Source: Eledone cirrhosa | Lineage: Eukaryota | NCBI GenBank assembly: GCA_964016885.1 | Contig: OZ024741.1 | Coordinates: 189,162,001-189,226,000 of the forward strand | DNA length: 64,000 nt | Direction: 5' to 3' | In this document: piece by piece, positions 39,916 through 53,100 of the stretch | Layout of the letters: the number at the start of each line of letters is the position of its first letter | Numbering within the stretch: the stretch's first letter is position 1 | Translations under genes and position numbers: made by a program | The notes under the pieces: model-generated | Databases searched by the model: none | What the model was told of the DNA's origin: nothing | The model's input: only the letters and a program-made list of their open reading frames with translations

Positions 39916-41671
39916 GCAGCAAGACAACAATGATGATGGCTGTTGTTGATTGATAGGTTTCAGTGTGTTTCTGGTTTCTATGAAAATTCAGGTGGCTTGT
40001 CATCTGTATTTTTTATCAATTTTATTTATGTCTTAGTGTTGATATTTTTTGTAGCCTTTCTGATACTAGCCCACCTGAAATCTCATCTGTTCCTATGATA
40101 CATAACTGTCTGTTTTAAAGTGTTCATATTTATATTAAAACCTTCCATCATACTTTTATATATGTTGAACAACAGCATAAAAATGTAAAACTGCAAATTC
40201 TTGGTTATCTTCGAAATTATTGAATTTTCTTAGAAAACATCATCACCATCACTGTTTAACATTCTCTTCTCTATGCTAGCATAGGTTGGATGAGTATTCT
40301 AACAAAAGGGTTAGAGTTATCAATGGTTAGTTACTGTGTTGAGATTTTTAAACTTTGAATATAAAATTATTGCAATGATAAAAGGAATTTTTAAAATGTT
40401 ATTTCCTTATCCAATATTATATGTATTGTGCATCTGTAGGTATATATATTTGTTTTTATTAAACACCCTCCCTCTCTCTCTATCTATCTATCTTTATTTA
40501 TCTCCCCTTCTTTCTCACTCTTATTACTTTGTGAACAAATCCTCTATTCCTACTCCTCATAATTGCTCTGCTGTTGGACTAGGAGAGAGACAGAGAGAGC
40601 AAGAGAGAGATGGTGTTGCTGCATAATACAATATGATTTCTGTGACCAGAAAAAGAGAGTGCAAAGAAATCTAAAAGATGAAAAAAAAAACAGAGTTTGA
40701 CATCACACATACTAGAAAAGGGAATAGAGAGGTAAAAAGAGACACGGGGAAAGAGAGATAGACAGGGTAAAAGTAACAGTGTTAAAACAAACAATACTAA
40801 TAGAATATTGGTCTCTAATTTCCTAACGATGTATTTAGAAGGATTCCATTAGTCAGTTATGTATCCACCTTGTAAACCTCCCCTCTCTTCCACTTCAATC
40901 TATCCATTGTGAGGTCTTTAAGTTCCATAGACATTTTCTTTCACTTTTTCACATAAGTCATACATATGAATAACATTTAATGCATATGTGAATTGCAGTC
41001 AATTTTTGTCATTTTGAATTTCTGTGAAAACTGTCTCCATTTTTTCAAATAATATGCATGATATTTTTTTAATGGCAGCGTTTAATGTATAAAGGTGCAG
41101 GCCTGCCTATATAGATATAAGCAAGTTGTGGCTCTGTGGTGAAGAGATTTGCTTTGCAAATATGTGGTCTCAAGTTTGATCCTACTATACAACACCATCA
41201 GCAAGAGTCTTCTACCATAGCCATAGGTCATTCAAAGTCTTGTTTCTTACTCTTATTACATGTTTTAATTGTCTTTCTGAGCACAGATCTATGTGCCTTA
41301 GGTATGTGCAGTGTTTCTTTTTGGTTTAAAACTTTTGTATTGAACGTATTCTACATAATGCACATACTTGTGTTATTTTCTGTAAAAATCATCATCATTA
41401 TTTGATATCTGTTTTCCCTGCTAGCAAGGGTTGGACAGGTCTTCGCAGACTAAGCCAGTACTCAAAGCAGAGTTATTGACCTCTTAAGTGGATTGTGGGC
41501 CAACATCTCACATACATACCTGCACTATACCGAGTGCATTTTATCACGGCACCAGCACTAAAAAGGTTGTCATGTTTTTGACACAGCTGAAGAGTCCTCA
41601 TGACCCTTTATATGGAAACTTTTTGTTATGACTGGATCTCCTTCTTATCACCAACCAATTTACAGAATGTA

Positions 41672-41885
41672 CTAGGGAAGCCCTAGGGTATCAGCTATGT
41701 ATTTTTCTGCATCTCTTTTAATCATTCCTAAAGCACTTATAGAGATTATTTCTGTTTTTAGTTTCCATGTTCTCTTTATTTCTATTCCAGATCTATTTAT
41801 TTTGGGTAACTTCTTCATTTCTTTGGGAGATATATTATAGTCTAGTAGAATCAATTATTGTTGTTGGGAGAATTTGGACAGTCGT
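41672..41885 (-). mobile_element. Decayed R4/Dong-like LINE endonuclease fragment
   Basis: - strand ...GIEIKRTWKLKTEIISISALGMIK resembles restriction-like endonuclease C-terminus. Confidence 0.5.
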
Positions 41886-42065
41886 TAATGTGTAGGACAA
41901 AATGTTTTTCATTATTTATTGCAGCTCTCTACATTTGGTATTCAAATCCCATTGATGTCAACTTTGTCTTTAGAGCATTGAATAAAATGCTTAGCAAATT
42001 TGCTCCAACTCTTGGTATTAAAAGTTCAAATCCCACTGTCACCTACCTTAATTTGTTTAATACAT

Positions 42066-42245
42066 GTTTCTACTTTAGGCACAAGGCCAGCAATTACCCA
42101 GTGCATTACTGGTACTTTATTTTATCGACCCCGTAAGGATGAAAGGCAAAGTCAACCTCGGCGGGATTTGAACTCAGATCATAAAGGGACGTAACTATGC
42201 TTGAAAGCATGGCGTCCGACCCTCTACCGATACTGCCAATCCACC
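42066..42245 (-). mobile_element. SINE family 2
   Basis: Near-consensus reverse copy; others at 45793-45985, 46975-47108 and 47435-47620 (last with aagtaaggaagacaataat TSD). Confidence 0.85.
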
Positions 42246-42617
42246 TTAATAATGCCACTTAGAGTGGATTGGCAAAATAGCTAGACTGTCAATTGAAATG
42301 CTTTACAGTATTTGTTCCAGCTCTTAGCATTCTGAATTCAAATTTTGGTGTTACCTACTTGGGTAGTAGACTTAATTTATAACACAGTGTTTGGTGCCTT
42401 TCATGAAGTCCACTCTGTTGCAAGCATTTGGGCCAGGTCTTTGGCTTGAAGATAACTTCCTCCCTCTTGTCTTGGAGTCCCCTGCAATATTAAATATTAA
42501 TTAACTTAGTTTCCATTCTATATATATTCCTAATATATTTCTGAGATAAGTTGTATTGTAGTCAAGATTGTTGCTGAATGACTCTCACCATATCAATTCT
42601 GTGTCTTTTTTTTACAG

Positions 42618-42790
42618 GTAGCTGAAGAGACAGAGAAGAAAATAAATGCCTCTAGAGCTGGTTATCGGCCAATTGCTAAACACTCTTCAACACTCTTCTT
42701 CTCCATTGCTGATCTTCCCAATATTGATCCTATGTACCAATACTCTCTTACCTGGTTTGTCAACCTCTACATCACATCAATCCATGACAG
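42618..42790 (+). CDS. DNAH12: Dynein heavy chain exon
   Basis: tttacag|GTA, ag|gtatgt; VAEETEKKINASRAGYRPIAKHSSTLFFSIADLPNIDPMYQYSLTWFVNLYITSIHD(S). Confidence 0.95.
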
Positions 42791-43869
42791 GTATGTTCAA
42801 CAATCTGGTTGTTCTTGTAGAGGTCAGACCTATGCTCAAAAGGGTTCCAGCTATGACCATGTTGTTGTTTAAACCTGACATGCCCTGAATGAGCAGACCT
42901 ATGATCTAAGCTGTTCCAGCCATTACCTCAATGTTGTTTAATCCCAGTTTGGTTCTGACTAAGAACAACTATGATCAAAGGCCTTTAAATCATGCCCACT
43001 CTGTCTTTCTCAAAGACATTGTGTTTCCATGATTACATCATACTATATGTCTTTTCTTTCAAGGTGGTTAGGTGCATTTTGATGGAGATTTGGTCAATGT
43101 TTCTAGCAGGCCAAACAACCACATGTAGGCCCTCTTATTTAATTCAAGGATGTCTTTTCAGCAGGTTCAAATGGGGGAGGGGGAAACCTTTCAATTTGTT
43201 TTTTACTGAGTAGTGTTGGCAATTATTATTTTTGCATTCATTCTCTAACTTTTTATGAAGCAATTGGTTGGCTTTTGTTTGTAGTTAACTGGCTGGTAGG
43301 TCTTACTCACCATACTGTTTAACAATCACTATCTTGTGCCAAAGAGGGAGCTTATATATAAGCCAAAGACAGAGTATTCTACCCAGTCACCTAACCTATT
43401 AGAAATAGCAGTTAAATCTCCATCAGAGTCCTAGATATTCTATGGCTGAATAAAGATGAAATAGTCAGGATAGGCAGAACAGTGACCATGATCATAAGAT
43501 GGTAATTGGGGGAAAGGGGTATCCTCAAACTGAAGACCTGCTTAAATGCTTTCAACAGAGTTAACTCTACTTAAGAGACTGAAAGGCCAGGTGGTGGTGT
43601 TAAAGTGAGAAATGAATTGGATCTACCACATAAGTAGGCCACAACAGATTTGAACTCAGACCATAAAGAGCCAGAATAAATACCACAGGGTATCTCATCT
43701 GATGCTCCTACAATTCCAGTAATCCACCATCCTGGATTATTACTTTATTATAACGTTATTATATAAAGACAAGAAACATAGTTGACCTTGGCAGGATTTG
43801 AACTCAGATTGATCTGGAATAATTTCGTACATAGACACTAATACTGGAGTCAATATAATTGATAGCCAA

Positions 43870-44772
43870 CTGCCAATCAGACAGTATGAGTGGTGGAAAC
43901 TCTACCTTGGCATTCTATAAAGGGTTAGTGGCAGGTAAAAGCAATGACGTTCTTGGAGAGAATCTGTCCATTGACAAAAATCAACTACCAACTCTTTTCC
44001 GGAGGACTTTCAGTCAAGGGCCCATGGTTAACTTCCAGAAATCCATTGCCTGGCAGTGATACAGAGGAGCATTGCCAGTTAGGGATAAACTGTACATGCA
44101 TGGAAGTGCTTTCAGCCTGGCCTGTCCGAGATGCTCACAGAGCAACAAGTGTCCAAGTATTATTGACTTGTGGCTTTATATTGAACACTTGCTGTCATGT
44201 GTAGGATAGATATGACTAGCAGCCAAGTCCATTGTGGAGATTGCCCCCAGCCTTCCTTTAGTCAGGAAGGACAGGTAGTTTTTATCCGGCCATGGTGAAA
44301 GAGATGTGGTGTACATGTTTGAAAGAGTTGAAGATAAGCACTTTCCTTTTTGGTGAAGCCCTGATTAACTGTTTCAGGTTTCACTTAAAGAGGAAAATCA
44401 TTGTGAAGCAGGAAGTGCTGCCTTCCAACCAGTTTGTTGAAATGTGGGGAAAGTGACAAACATGGCCTCAGTGAATGGGTCTGCTCTGAGTATGCGTCTA
44501 TTAATTGGAGGACAACTAAGAGATAACACTTTCCCTAGCGATCAGGGTGACTGTAGTTTTTTGGAAGCTTTCCCTACAATTAACCCTCAGTGGGTTTCCC
44601 CTATTGGGGAATTTGTATGTGTTTGTTTGATTTTTAAATGTTTAAATTTTTAGTTTTTGTAATAACCTTTTATTTTTTACACACAAAAACCCACACAGTA
44701 TCTCTCTGTGTTGTCTCTACTGTTTGCTTAATGTCAGCCCCGTGTGGCTAATAAAAATACATTATTATTATT
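43870..44772 (+). mobile_element. Tx1/L1-clade LINE 3' fragment
   Basis: FQKSIAWQ*YRGALPVRDKLYMHG..ACPRC...CPSIIDLW (zf-RVT-like); T-rich 3'UTR, AATAAA and (ATT)n tail. Confidence 0.7.
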
Positions 44773-44787
44773 ATTTTGCTTTTTCAG

Positions 44788-44928
44788 TAATAAATCAAAA
44801 ATTCTGGACAAGCGGCTCCGTTACTTGTCAGAACATTTCACCTACAACCTCTACTGCAATGTCTGTCGGTCATTGTTTGAGAAAGACAAGCTGCTCTTCT
44901 CATTCATTTTGACTACCAAACTTTTATT
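44788..44928 (+). CDS. DNAH12: Dynein heavy chain exon (last seen in window)
   Basis: ttttcag|T, tt|gtaagt; (S)[46 protein letters not shown]; IHDSNKSKIL-KRLRYL favours DNAH12 over DNAH7/DNAH3 from recalled paralogue sequences. Confidence 0.93.
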
Positions 44929-46334
44929 GTAAGTAAACATATTGTTTTTTTACTGAATTTCCTTTGAGTTCTATACTGGGAAACAGGCTAAGTAGAGCAT
45001 CTTACTTTGGGTTACTTATCTTCAGGTCATCATTATCAATATTGTTTTTATGCTGACTTTTCTAAGCTGGCATGGATTGGACAGCGAATGTTTTACAGTT
45101 GGATGCCATTTCTAACTTCAACCCTTTTACTAAGTTGTCAACCTCCTTGTGATGTGCCCTGGAAACTGATCCCTGATCACTGCTCTCAATCGGGTGAACA
45201 ACAACAGCCTGAGACAGTAACAATGTCATATGCAAGAAGAAGAGGTGGAACTTTTTTTAGTCACTTCTTATGACATGCTGGGGTATGGTATACCTATTCT
45301 AAACTGGATACACAGATCTTATCCGCTGCAAGTAATACATTGTGTGTTTCTGGATTAGAAAACTTTTTCCACATTCTCTCAGATTACCAACATTATCATT
45401 ATCATTGTTATTTACACACCACCACTGTCAGCATCATAATTATCACTACCATCATGATCACCATCACCATCACAATTTAACTAATATCTGTATCTGTTTT
45501 TGTTCTGGTTGTGGGGTTTTGGTCAATTGTTATTGTTTTGTTTTTTTATTAATGTTGGTAAAAAAAAAAAAGATTTTTATATGGAGATGTTGGTAGTACA
45601 ATAGAAAAAAAGGGTAAACATTTTTATATGTCAATGTATATTTTTGTGGGTATATTGTAATCATTGTATAATGGGGTAGTTCTCTGTGTTCGGTAGATTA
45701 TTTATGTGTGAGCTATTTTATTTTGGGCATATGGTGTATATATTTGGTTTTGTGTGTTATTTTGTTAACAAATGCAGAAGTATGTATATATTGGTTTCTT
45801 ATATAGGCACAAGGCCAGCACTTTTGGGGGAGGGGAAAGTCGATTAAATCGACGCCAGTTTGTGACTGGTAAGGATGAAAGGCAAAGTTAACCTTGGCAG
45901 GATTTGAACTCAGACCATAAAGGGCCGTAACTCTATGCTGCAAAGTATGGCGTCCGACCCTCTACCGATTCTGCCAATCCACCGTATATATTGATGTCTA
46001 GTTATGTGACATCATTATATCATTATGTATATATTAGTCTACAGAAAGGATTTTAACATTGTGGAGACATAACTACATTCGCGCATCATTTTTACAGCAC
46101 CTCAAACTCACAAAATACGATTTTGATTTGTGACCAGTCAAAAAACTTTGTCTTACCCTTCACATTTGCATCCATAAAAATAATTTTTAACTACACCATT
46201 CCATTTATTGACTCTTTTGAATGTTCTAATTTCAATTTGTTCTTATTCTGATTTTTACTTTTACTCTAGTTTCATTGTTACTTTTCCCTCCCACTTCTCA
46301 AATCTGTCAATAAATATATAGCTCTGCTCCCAAG

Positions 46335-46928
46335 GAGGTGGACTATGATTGAAGTTAACAAGGCTGAATTAAGTGCAAGAATTGCAAGTGCTGGTGCAGT
46401 TATGCACTAGCTTCAGTAATCAGAAGAAGGGAGGTAGATGTAAAAGCCAAACTCACTATCTTCAATTCGGTATTCGTGCCAACCCTTACTTATGGTCATG
46501 AATCTTGGGTAATGACCAAAAATATATACAATTGTGAATGCAAGTGGTCGAAATGGCATTCCCCCAAAGCGTCTTTGGAGTAACGTTACACGATAGCGTG
46601 TGTAACTCGGGGATCAGAGAGTCACTCCAGAAAGAGCTGCTACTTCTCCAAATTGAGAGATCACAACTCCGATACTATGGACATGTAGTTAGAATGTCTC
46701 AGGAAAAAATCACTGGACAGATTTTACAGGCAAGATCAACCAGCAGGAGATCCATGAGTAGACCTTGAACAAAATGGTTGGATAACATCCATGAGCTTGG
46801 TTAGTCTCACTTGGGGATCCAGCTGGATCAGTTGGAGATGGTTGCTTCTGACAGGACCCTCTGGAACAAATGTTTGAGGACTCTGCTCCCATGACCCTCT
46901 CAGGAATAAGTGGGCAAAGAAGAAGAAG
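46335..46928 (+). mobile_element. RTE-clade LINE 3' fragment (third family)
   Basis: FVPTLTYGHESWVMT...IERSQLRYYGHVVRM; (AAG)n tail. Confidence 0.8.
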
Positions 46929-48217
46929 ATATATATATATATATATATAACCATTATATATTGTATCTTACAATAATTGTTTCTACTTTTGGCACAAGGC
47001 CAGCAATTACTCAGTGCATTACTGGTTCTTTATTTTATCGACCCCGTAAGGATGAAAGGCAAAGTTAACCTCGGCGGGATTTGAACTCAGAATGGCAAGG
47101 GCCGTAACAATAATATTTTAAGATAGATGTGCCCTATGGTCCAGCTTAAACTATTTTGATGATGAAATGAGAAATCAATCTAATGATTTGTGTTAACTTA
47201 AGCCAAAGTTTGTCTCACAGCACTCAGGACTCACAAGACTAAAGGATACTCATTAACCAATGTTGTCTCTATTCAATCAAGGCAGCCTGTCCTAGAGGGT
47301 GAATAGAAGAGAGAGCAAAGACAAAAAACAAAGCAAGTGGATGAGAGGTGCGAGAAAGAACAAGCTGGTAGAGACAAAGTAAATTGTAGTGAAGGGGTCA
47401 GTGTAAGAAGTAGTAAAGTAAGGAAGACAATAATTGTTTCTACTTTTTGGCACAAGGCCAGCAATTATCCCAGTACATTACTGGTACTTTATTTTATCGA
47501 CCCCGTAAGGATGAAAGGCAAAGTTAACCTCAGCAGGAATTGAACTCAGATCGTAAAGGGACGTAACTATTCTGGAAAGCATAATCCAACCCTCTACCGA
47601 TACTGCCAATTCACCGCCCTTGTAAGTAAGGAAGACAATAATGTAAAGGAGAGTATGATGGGAGAAGAAATGTAAAGTGGAGAGAGTAAGTAGTTGGTGA
47701 AGATAGAGAGTGATGTATGTTAATGAGAAGGGGTCTTGGAGAGAGGGAATGATGGCTGGCAACATAGAGATTGTGATTGTAAGATGTATGGAGTAGAAAT
47801 AGATCTGATGCAATCCCTCATACATAGCCACCATGATGGAGGAAAGAGTAGGCTGATAAGAATTGTGGCATAGGAGGTATTAAAGACATCTCTTACATGG
47901 GTGACATGATGCAGCATATAGGAGAAAGGGGAGATGGGGGACATCGGAGAGGATGATTATCAGACAGATCCAATGCCACCCCTGGTTACACTGGTGGCAT
48001 AGTACAGTGAGTATGAGGGTGGAATAGTGAGAATGAAGGAGATGATATTTACCATATTTAGTATTTATATATAAAGGAACACACTCTAAATATTCTATAC
48101 ACACACACGTGCATGCACTCAAACATACACACATATATAGGTATGTACGTATATACCTATGTACCTACATCTATCCATACATACATGCGTGCATGTGTGC
48201 ATGCGTACAATCATACA

Positions 48218-48545
48218 TTCATATGGGACAGTGAAAAGAAGGTATGCACAGTAGTGGAAGTGAGCTGCCCAGCAGATGCCAATATAATATTAAAGATTAG
48301 TGAAAAGGAGAATATCTATGCAGAACTGATGAGAAATCTACAGATACTCCACCCTGACTATACCTTCAGATTTATACCTGTGATTATTGGGGCACTGAGA
48401 TATGTTAATAACTACCTCAATACAAATCTTGAGAAGGTGGACTTCACGGAACCAGAAAGAACTTGACTAGTTAGGAAATTACAAGTACAATCCATTAATG
48501 GAACAGTAAAAGTATGTAAAACATTCAAAAAATTCTGCATGTAAT
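48218..48545 (+). mobile_element. R4/Dong-like LINE restriction-like endonuclease fragment
   Basis: WDSEKKVCTVVEVSCPAD...EKENIYAEL...FIPVIIGAL. Confidence 0.7.
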
Positions 48546-49554
48546 AACTGCATATACACGTACAGATACAAAACATTTGCACATGCACACATATAACTCA
48601 AAACATCCACATCCACACATACAATAACATACATACGTGCACACACATGCACATATACAGACATACACACATATCTACCTAGTTGATGTTGTTTGAATTC
48701 TAATGAGAGAGTCTTGTGTCTATGTTAGAAACCGACTCTCTCTCTATTGGTAAAAATTTATGAAATTATAAAACTAGAAGAACATACATACAAACATAAT
48801 ACATACATACAATCATACATAATACATACATACATACTTACTTACACATGTATATACACTCTTAAGTTAAGGGTTTAACTGTTTGGAAAATTAAAATGTT
48901 AAAGATTTTAAGCATATAATTATTGTTTCCTTCACGGGGGGGGGGGGGGGGGGATATAAAAATATGTCAATTTCTTCCATTTTGTGTCAACTGTGAACGA
49001 ATGCTTACTATGATTGCTGCTGAGAATGTAATCTGACAAACTGGTGAAGAGGACAGCTGAGTGATAGAGGATGGTGGGAAAAGAGAGAAGATATAGTGGA
49101 GAGGGAGAGGTATATGGGGTATATGTCTTGGTGTAAGAGAAGGGGCATGTTTCTGAATTCTCATGTTACGAGTAAGATAACATACAAGAGTGGAATGAGA
49201 AGAAACCTACAAAAATATCTCATTGGAATGTTTTTTAAGGATATCTCATGGATTTTTAACTATCAGTATGCTTCTACTTGTATATACAAACAAACATACA
49301 CGCACAAAAACACATTCATTTCTTACAAACATACTCATGCATGCACACACACACACATGAAATAGATTAAGATATATTTATATATGTGTGCTTGTTCATT
49401 AAATGTGTATGTGTATGTGTAAGGTGCACTCATTTCAAACCGAGATAAAATTGCTGAGTAAGTTTTATTGCGGGTATCGGAAAATTCAAAGCCGTACTGG
49501 AACGAGTAGTTTCATATCAGGTCAGAATACATGTGTGCATATGTGCATGTATAT

Positions 49555-49580
49555 ATGTATGTTGTATGTGTTTATGTAAG

Positions 49581-49615
<35 letters not shown>

Positions 49616-49633
49616 TGTATGTGTTTATGTAAG

Positions 49634-49668
<35 letters not shown>

Positions 49669-49732
49669 TGTATGTGTTTATGTAAGTATATATATATATA
49701 TATATATATGTATGTTGTATGTGTTTATGTAA

Positions 49733-49778
<46 letters not shown>

Positions 49779-49796
49779 TGTATGTGTTTATGTAAG

Positions 49797-49829
<33 letters not shown>

Positions 49830-49845
49830 TGTATGTGTTTATGTA

Positions 49846-49878
<33 letters not shown>

Positions 49879-49912
49879 TGTATGTGTTTATGTAAGTATA
49901 TATATATATATG
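49555..49912. repeat. Compound repeat: constant 24-bp unit plus variable (TA)n, 7 units
   Basis: gtatgttgtatgtgtttatgtaag(ta)n. Confidence 0.9.
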
Positions 49913-50050
49913 TGTGTATGTATATTTGTATGTATGTATGCAAGTGTGTGTGTATGCATCTATATATGTGTGTATGTGCATATATATATATATATAGTCC
50001 AACCCATGCTAGCGTGGAAGATAGACATTAAACGATGATGATGATGATGA

Positions 50051-50082
<32 letters not shown>

Positions 50083-50113
50083 AATATATGTATGTATGTA
50101 TATAAATATATGA

Positions 50114-50151
<38 letters not shown>

Positions 50152-50153
<2 letters not shown>

Positions 50154-53100
50154 TCATCATCATCATCATCATCGTTTAACGTCCATCTTCCACGCTTGCA
50201 TGGGTTTGGATGGGAGTTTTCCCACTTGAGGCAAGATTTGTTGTCTTGCTCGCATAGGACTGTCTGGCGGGTTTTCTACAGCTAGATGCCCTTCCTAACA
50301 CCAACCACGTTTACAGTGTGGACTGGGAGGTTTTTACTGTGTTACCTACACGACCACATTACAGCGTGGACTGTGTGTTTTTTTGTCGTGACACCTACAC
50401 GACCTCATTTGTTTTGGCCTGGATGTTGTGGTACCAACATAACTTTACATTGAAAGGGGTGGTGTGGATGAGGTGGGGGTAGTGGGACAGGGGTGTATTT
50501 TGTTAGAGGTGCCTACTGTCTGTAGTAGGTTTTACTTTGTATTTAGGTAAGGCGGGTCTTCTCTATTACTGTGTAGCGCCAAAGATCTCGGTCCAGTGAC
50601 ATTGTCTTGGAGAGGTGTAAGTGTGTGAGGTCGGAATTTATCAACTCGTCCCAGGTTTTGCTGGGTCTGCCTACTCCGTGGCTACCGTCTATTTTTATTG
50701 CCCTGCACTTTTTTATACAGCTGTCATCTTTCATGCGCATCACGTGACCATACCAACGTAGCCTTCTCTCGAGTAAACAACATCTGATCCCTCTTATTTC
50801 TAATTTTTCCCTTAGTTCGTTTATGCTTTGCCGTTCACGTATATTACTATTACACATCCAGCGGTGCATGCAAGCTTCGTTCCTCTCTAGTCTGCGTATA
50901 TCCTCTGCACACAATGCCCAGGTCTCACTGCCATGCAACATTGCTGTTCGTATGCAGGCATCATACAGCCTGCCTTTCATTTTTAGGGAGAACCCTTTAG
51001 CAGCTAATAGTGGTATAAGCTCTCTGAACTTTTTCCATCCAGTTCTGACTCTAGCTACTGTACTTTCAGAACACCCTCCCCCACTGCTGATTTTGTCACC
51101 CAGGTAACGGAAGCTGTCCACTATTTCTATAGAACCATCTGTGCAATTGAAAGAGCTAGTATTCTGTGGGCACTTGCTGCTACTTATTGCACCAGAGCAC
51201 TGGCCACATATAAAATCTATGTTCTTAGTTAGCTTACCTGTGATCCCACTACATCTTTTATGCACCCATACTTTGCATTTGGAACATAAAATGGAGTTTC
51301 TACCTACTCCTTTCCTACACACTGAGCATGGCCATTTCCCAGATGGGACCGGTGCCCTATTTTCCTTCCTACAAACTAGAACTTTAGTCTTAGACAGGTT
51401 AATTTTAAGGCCTTTTGATTCTAGGCCATGCTTCCACGTTTGGAATTTCTTCTCTAGTTCAGCCAATGATTCAGCTATGGGCGTTTGATCATCTGCATAT
51501 AGGAGTTCCCATGGGCAGCCAGTCTTGAACTCCACTGTTATAGCCTGAAGGGCAATAATAAATAGTAGGGGGCTAAGAACGGGGCCCTGATGAACGCCAA
51601 CTTTTACGCTAAACTCTTCACTATATTCGTTGTTAATTCTAACCTTGCTGACTGTTTCTTTATACATGGCTTGTATAGCTCTCACAAGCCATTCATCAAC
51701 ACCTAGTTTTCTAAGAGCCCACCAGATAATGGAAATGGAGGATTCTGTCGAAGGCTTTCTCCAAGTCGACAAAAGCTAAGTATAGGGGTTTACTTTTAGC
51801 TAGGTACTTCTCCTGTAGTTGTCGTACAATGAAAAGAGCATCTGTGGTACTTTTGCCTGACACAAACCCGAACTGCATTTCATTTAGATCAATTCTCTCT
51901 CTGATTAGTTGCGCTATTACTTTTTCTGTGACCTTCATGACCTGGTCGATTAATTTAATGCCTCTATAGTTACTCCTATCTAGGGCATCTCCTTTACCCT
52001 TGTAGCAGTTAATGATGATGCTGCTACGCCAGTCCTTCGGAACAACACCATTCTGTATGACTCGGTTTACTATCCGGGTGACCATGGTGTGTCCCACCGT
52101 TCCAGAAGCTTTCAGCATTTCAGCAACTATTTCCGAAGGCCCAGTCGCCTTACCCGTCTTCATATCTTTGATTGCCTTACTTATTATACTACCTTCGACT
52201 AACACTGCTGGTCCCTCTATTGGGTCGATGTGGGGGAGACTGTCTTTCTCTCATTTATTCTCCTCATTTAGTAGCCTTTCGTAGTGACACTTCCAAGCTA
52301 CCTTCTTATCAGCATCAGTGATGGCAAGTACACCATCATCATTAAGTACACACTTCTCCCCGACAATATCACGGTTTTCCTTGACACATTGCCTAGCAAT
52401 CCTGAACACCTCACGTTTTTGGTCCTCGCGCTGTAGAACATGCTTGAACTTTCTTTCCTCTGCTTCCCTTCTTGCGAAGTACACTTGTCTCCTAGCTTCC
52501 CTCCTGGCCACTTGATAGTCTTCTCTACTTCCCCCATCCCGCCATACTTTCCAAGCCTGCTTTTTGGCCTTAATTGACTCCTCCACCTTACTGTTCCACC
52601 ACCATGTTACTCTCCTCCTGCCTATAGGCCTGCTCCAGCCACAGACTTCGTCTGCCGCCATCAGCAGGTTTGCTTTCAGGAATTCCCACTGTTCCTCTAT
52701 ATTGTACAACTCTAAATGCTCTTCCTTACTGTCGAAAGCATCAAGTAATATGCTTTTGAATTTATTTCTGGCTGTGGGGTCCTTTAGCTTCCATATTTTT
52801 CTCCTGAGGATAGTCCTCTTCTGTTGTCGAGTACGTCTCGTCCTGACTATGAGGTCGCTAATTATCAGTCTATGTTGGGAGATGCATTCTTCATGGGGGA
52901 GGGATTTAGTGTTTACAACAGACACTCTGTCACGTCTTCTGGTAAGGATATAATCTACCTGGCTGGTATGTTCCCCTGATTTGTAGGTGATCAAGTGATT
53001 GTCTCGTTTTTTGAAGTTAGTGTTACAGATAGTTAGGTTATTTGCGTCACAGAATTCCAGGATTCTGGAGCCTTCCTCATTTCTAGTACCAAACCCATAG

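Noticed and set aside
39455-40003. Poly-Pro, poly-Gly and poly-His proteins
   Set aside because: Translations of a (GGT)n tract, open in several frames on both strands.
48700-48780. Hammerhead candidate CTAATGA-gagagtc/gactctc
   Set aside because: Mutated core and GAAA about 20 nt away from the helix end; topology broken.
49555-49912. CRISPR-like repeat-spacer pattern
   Set aside because: Spacers are only (TA)n.
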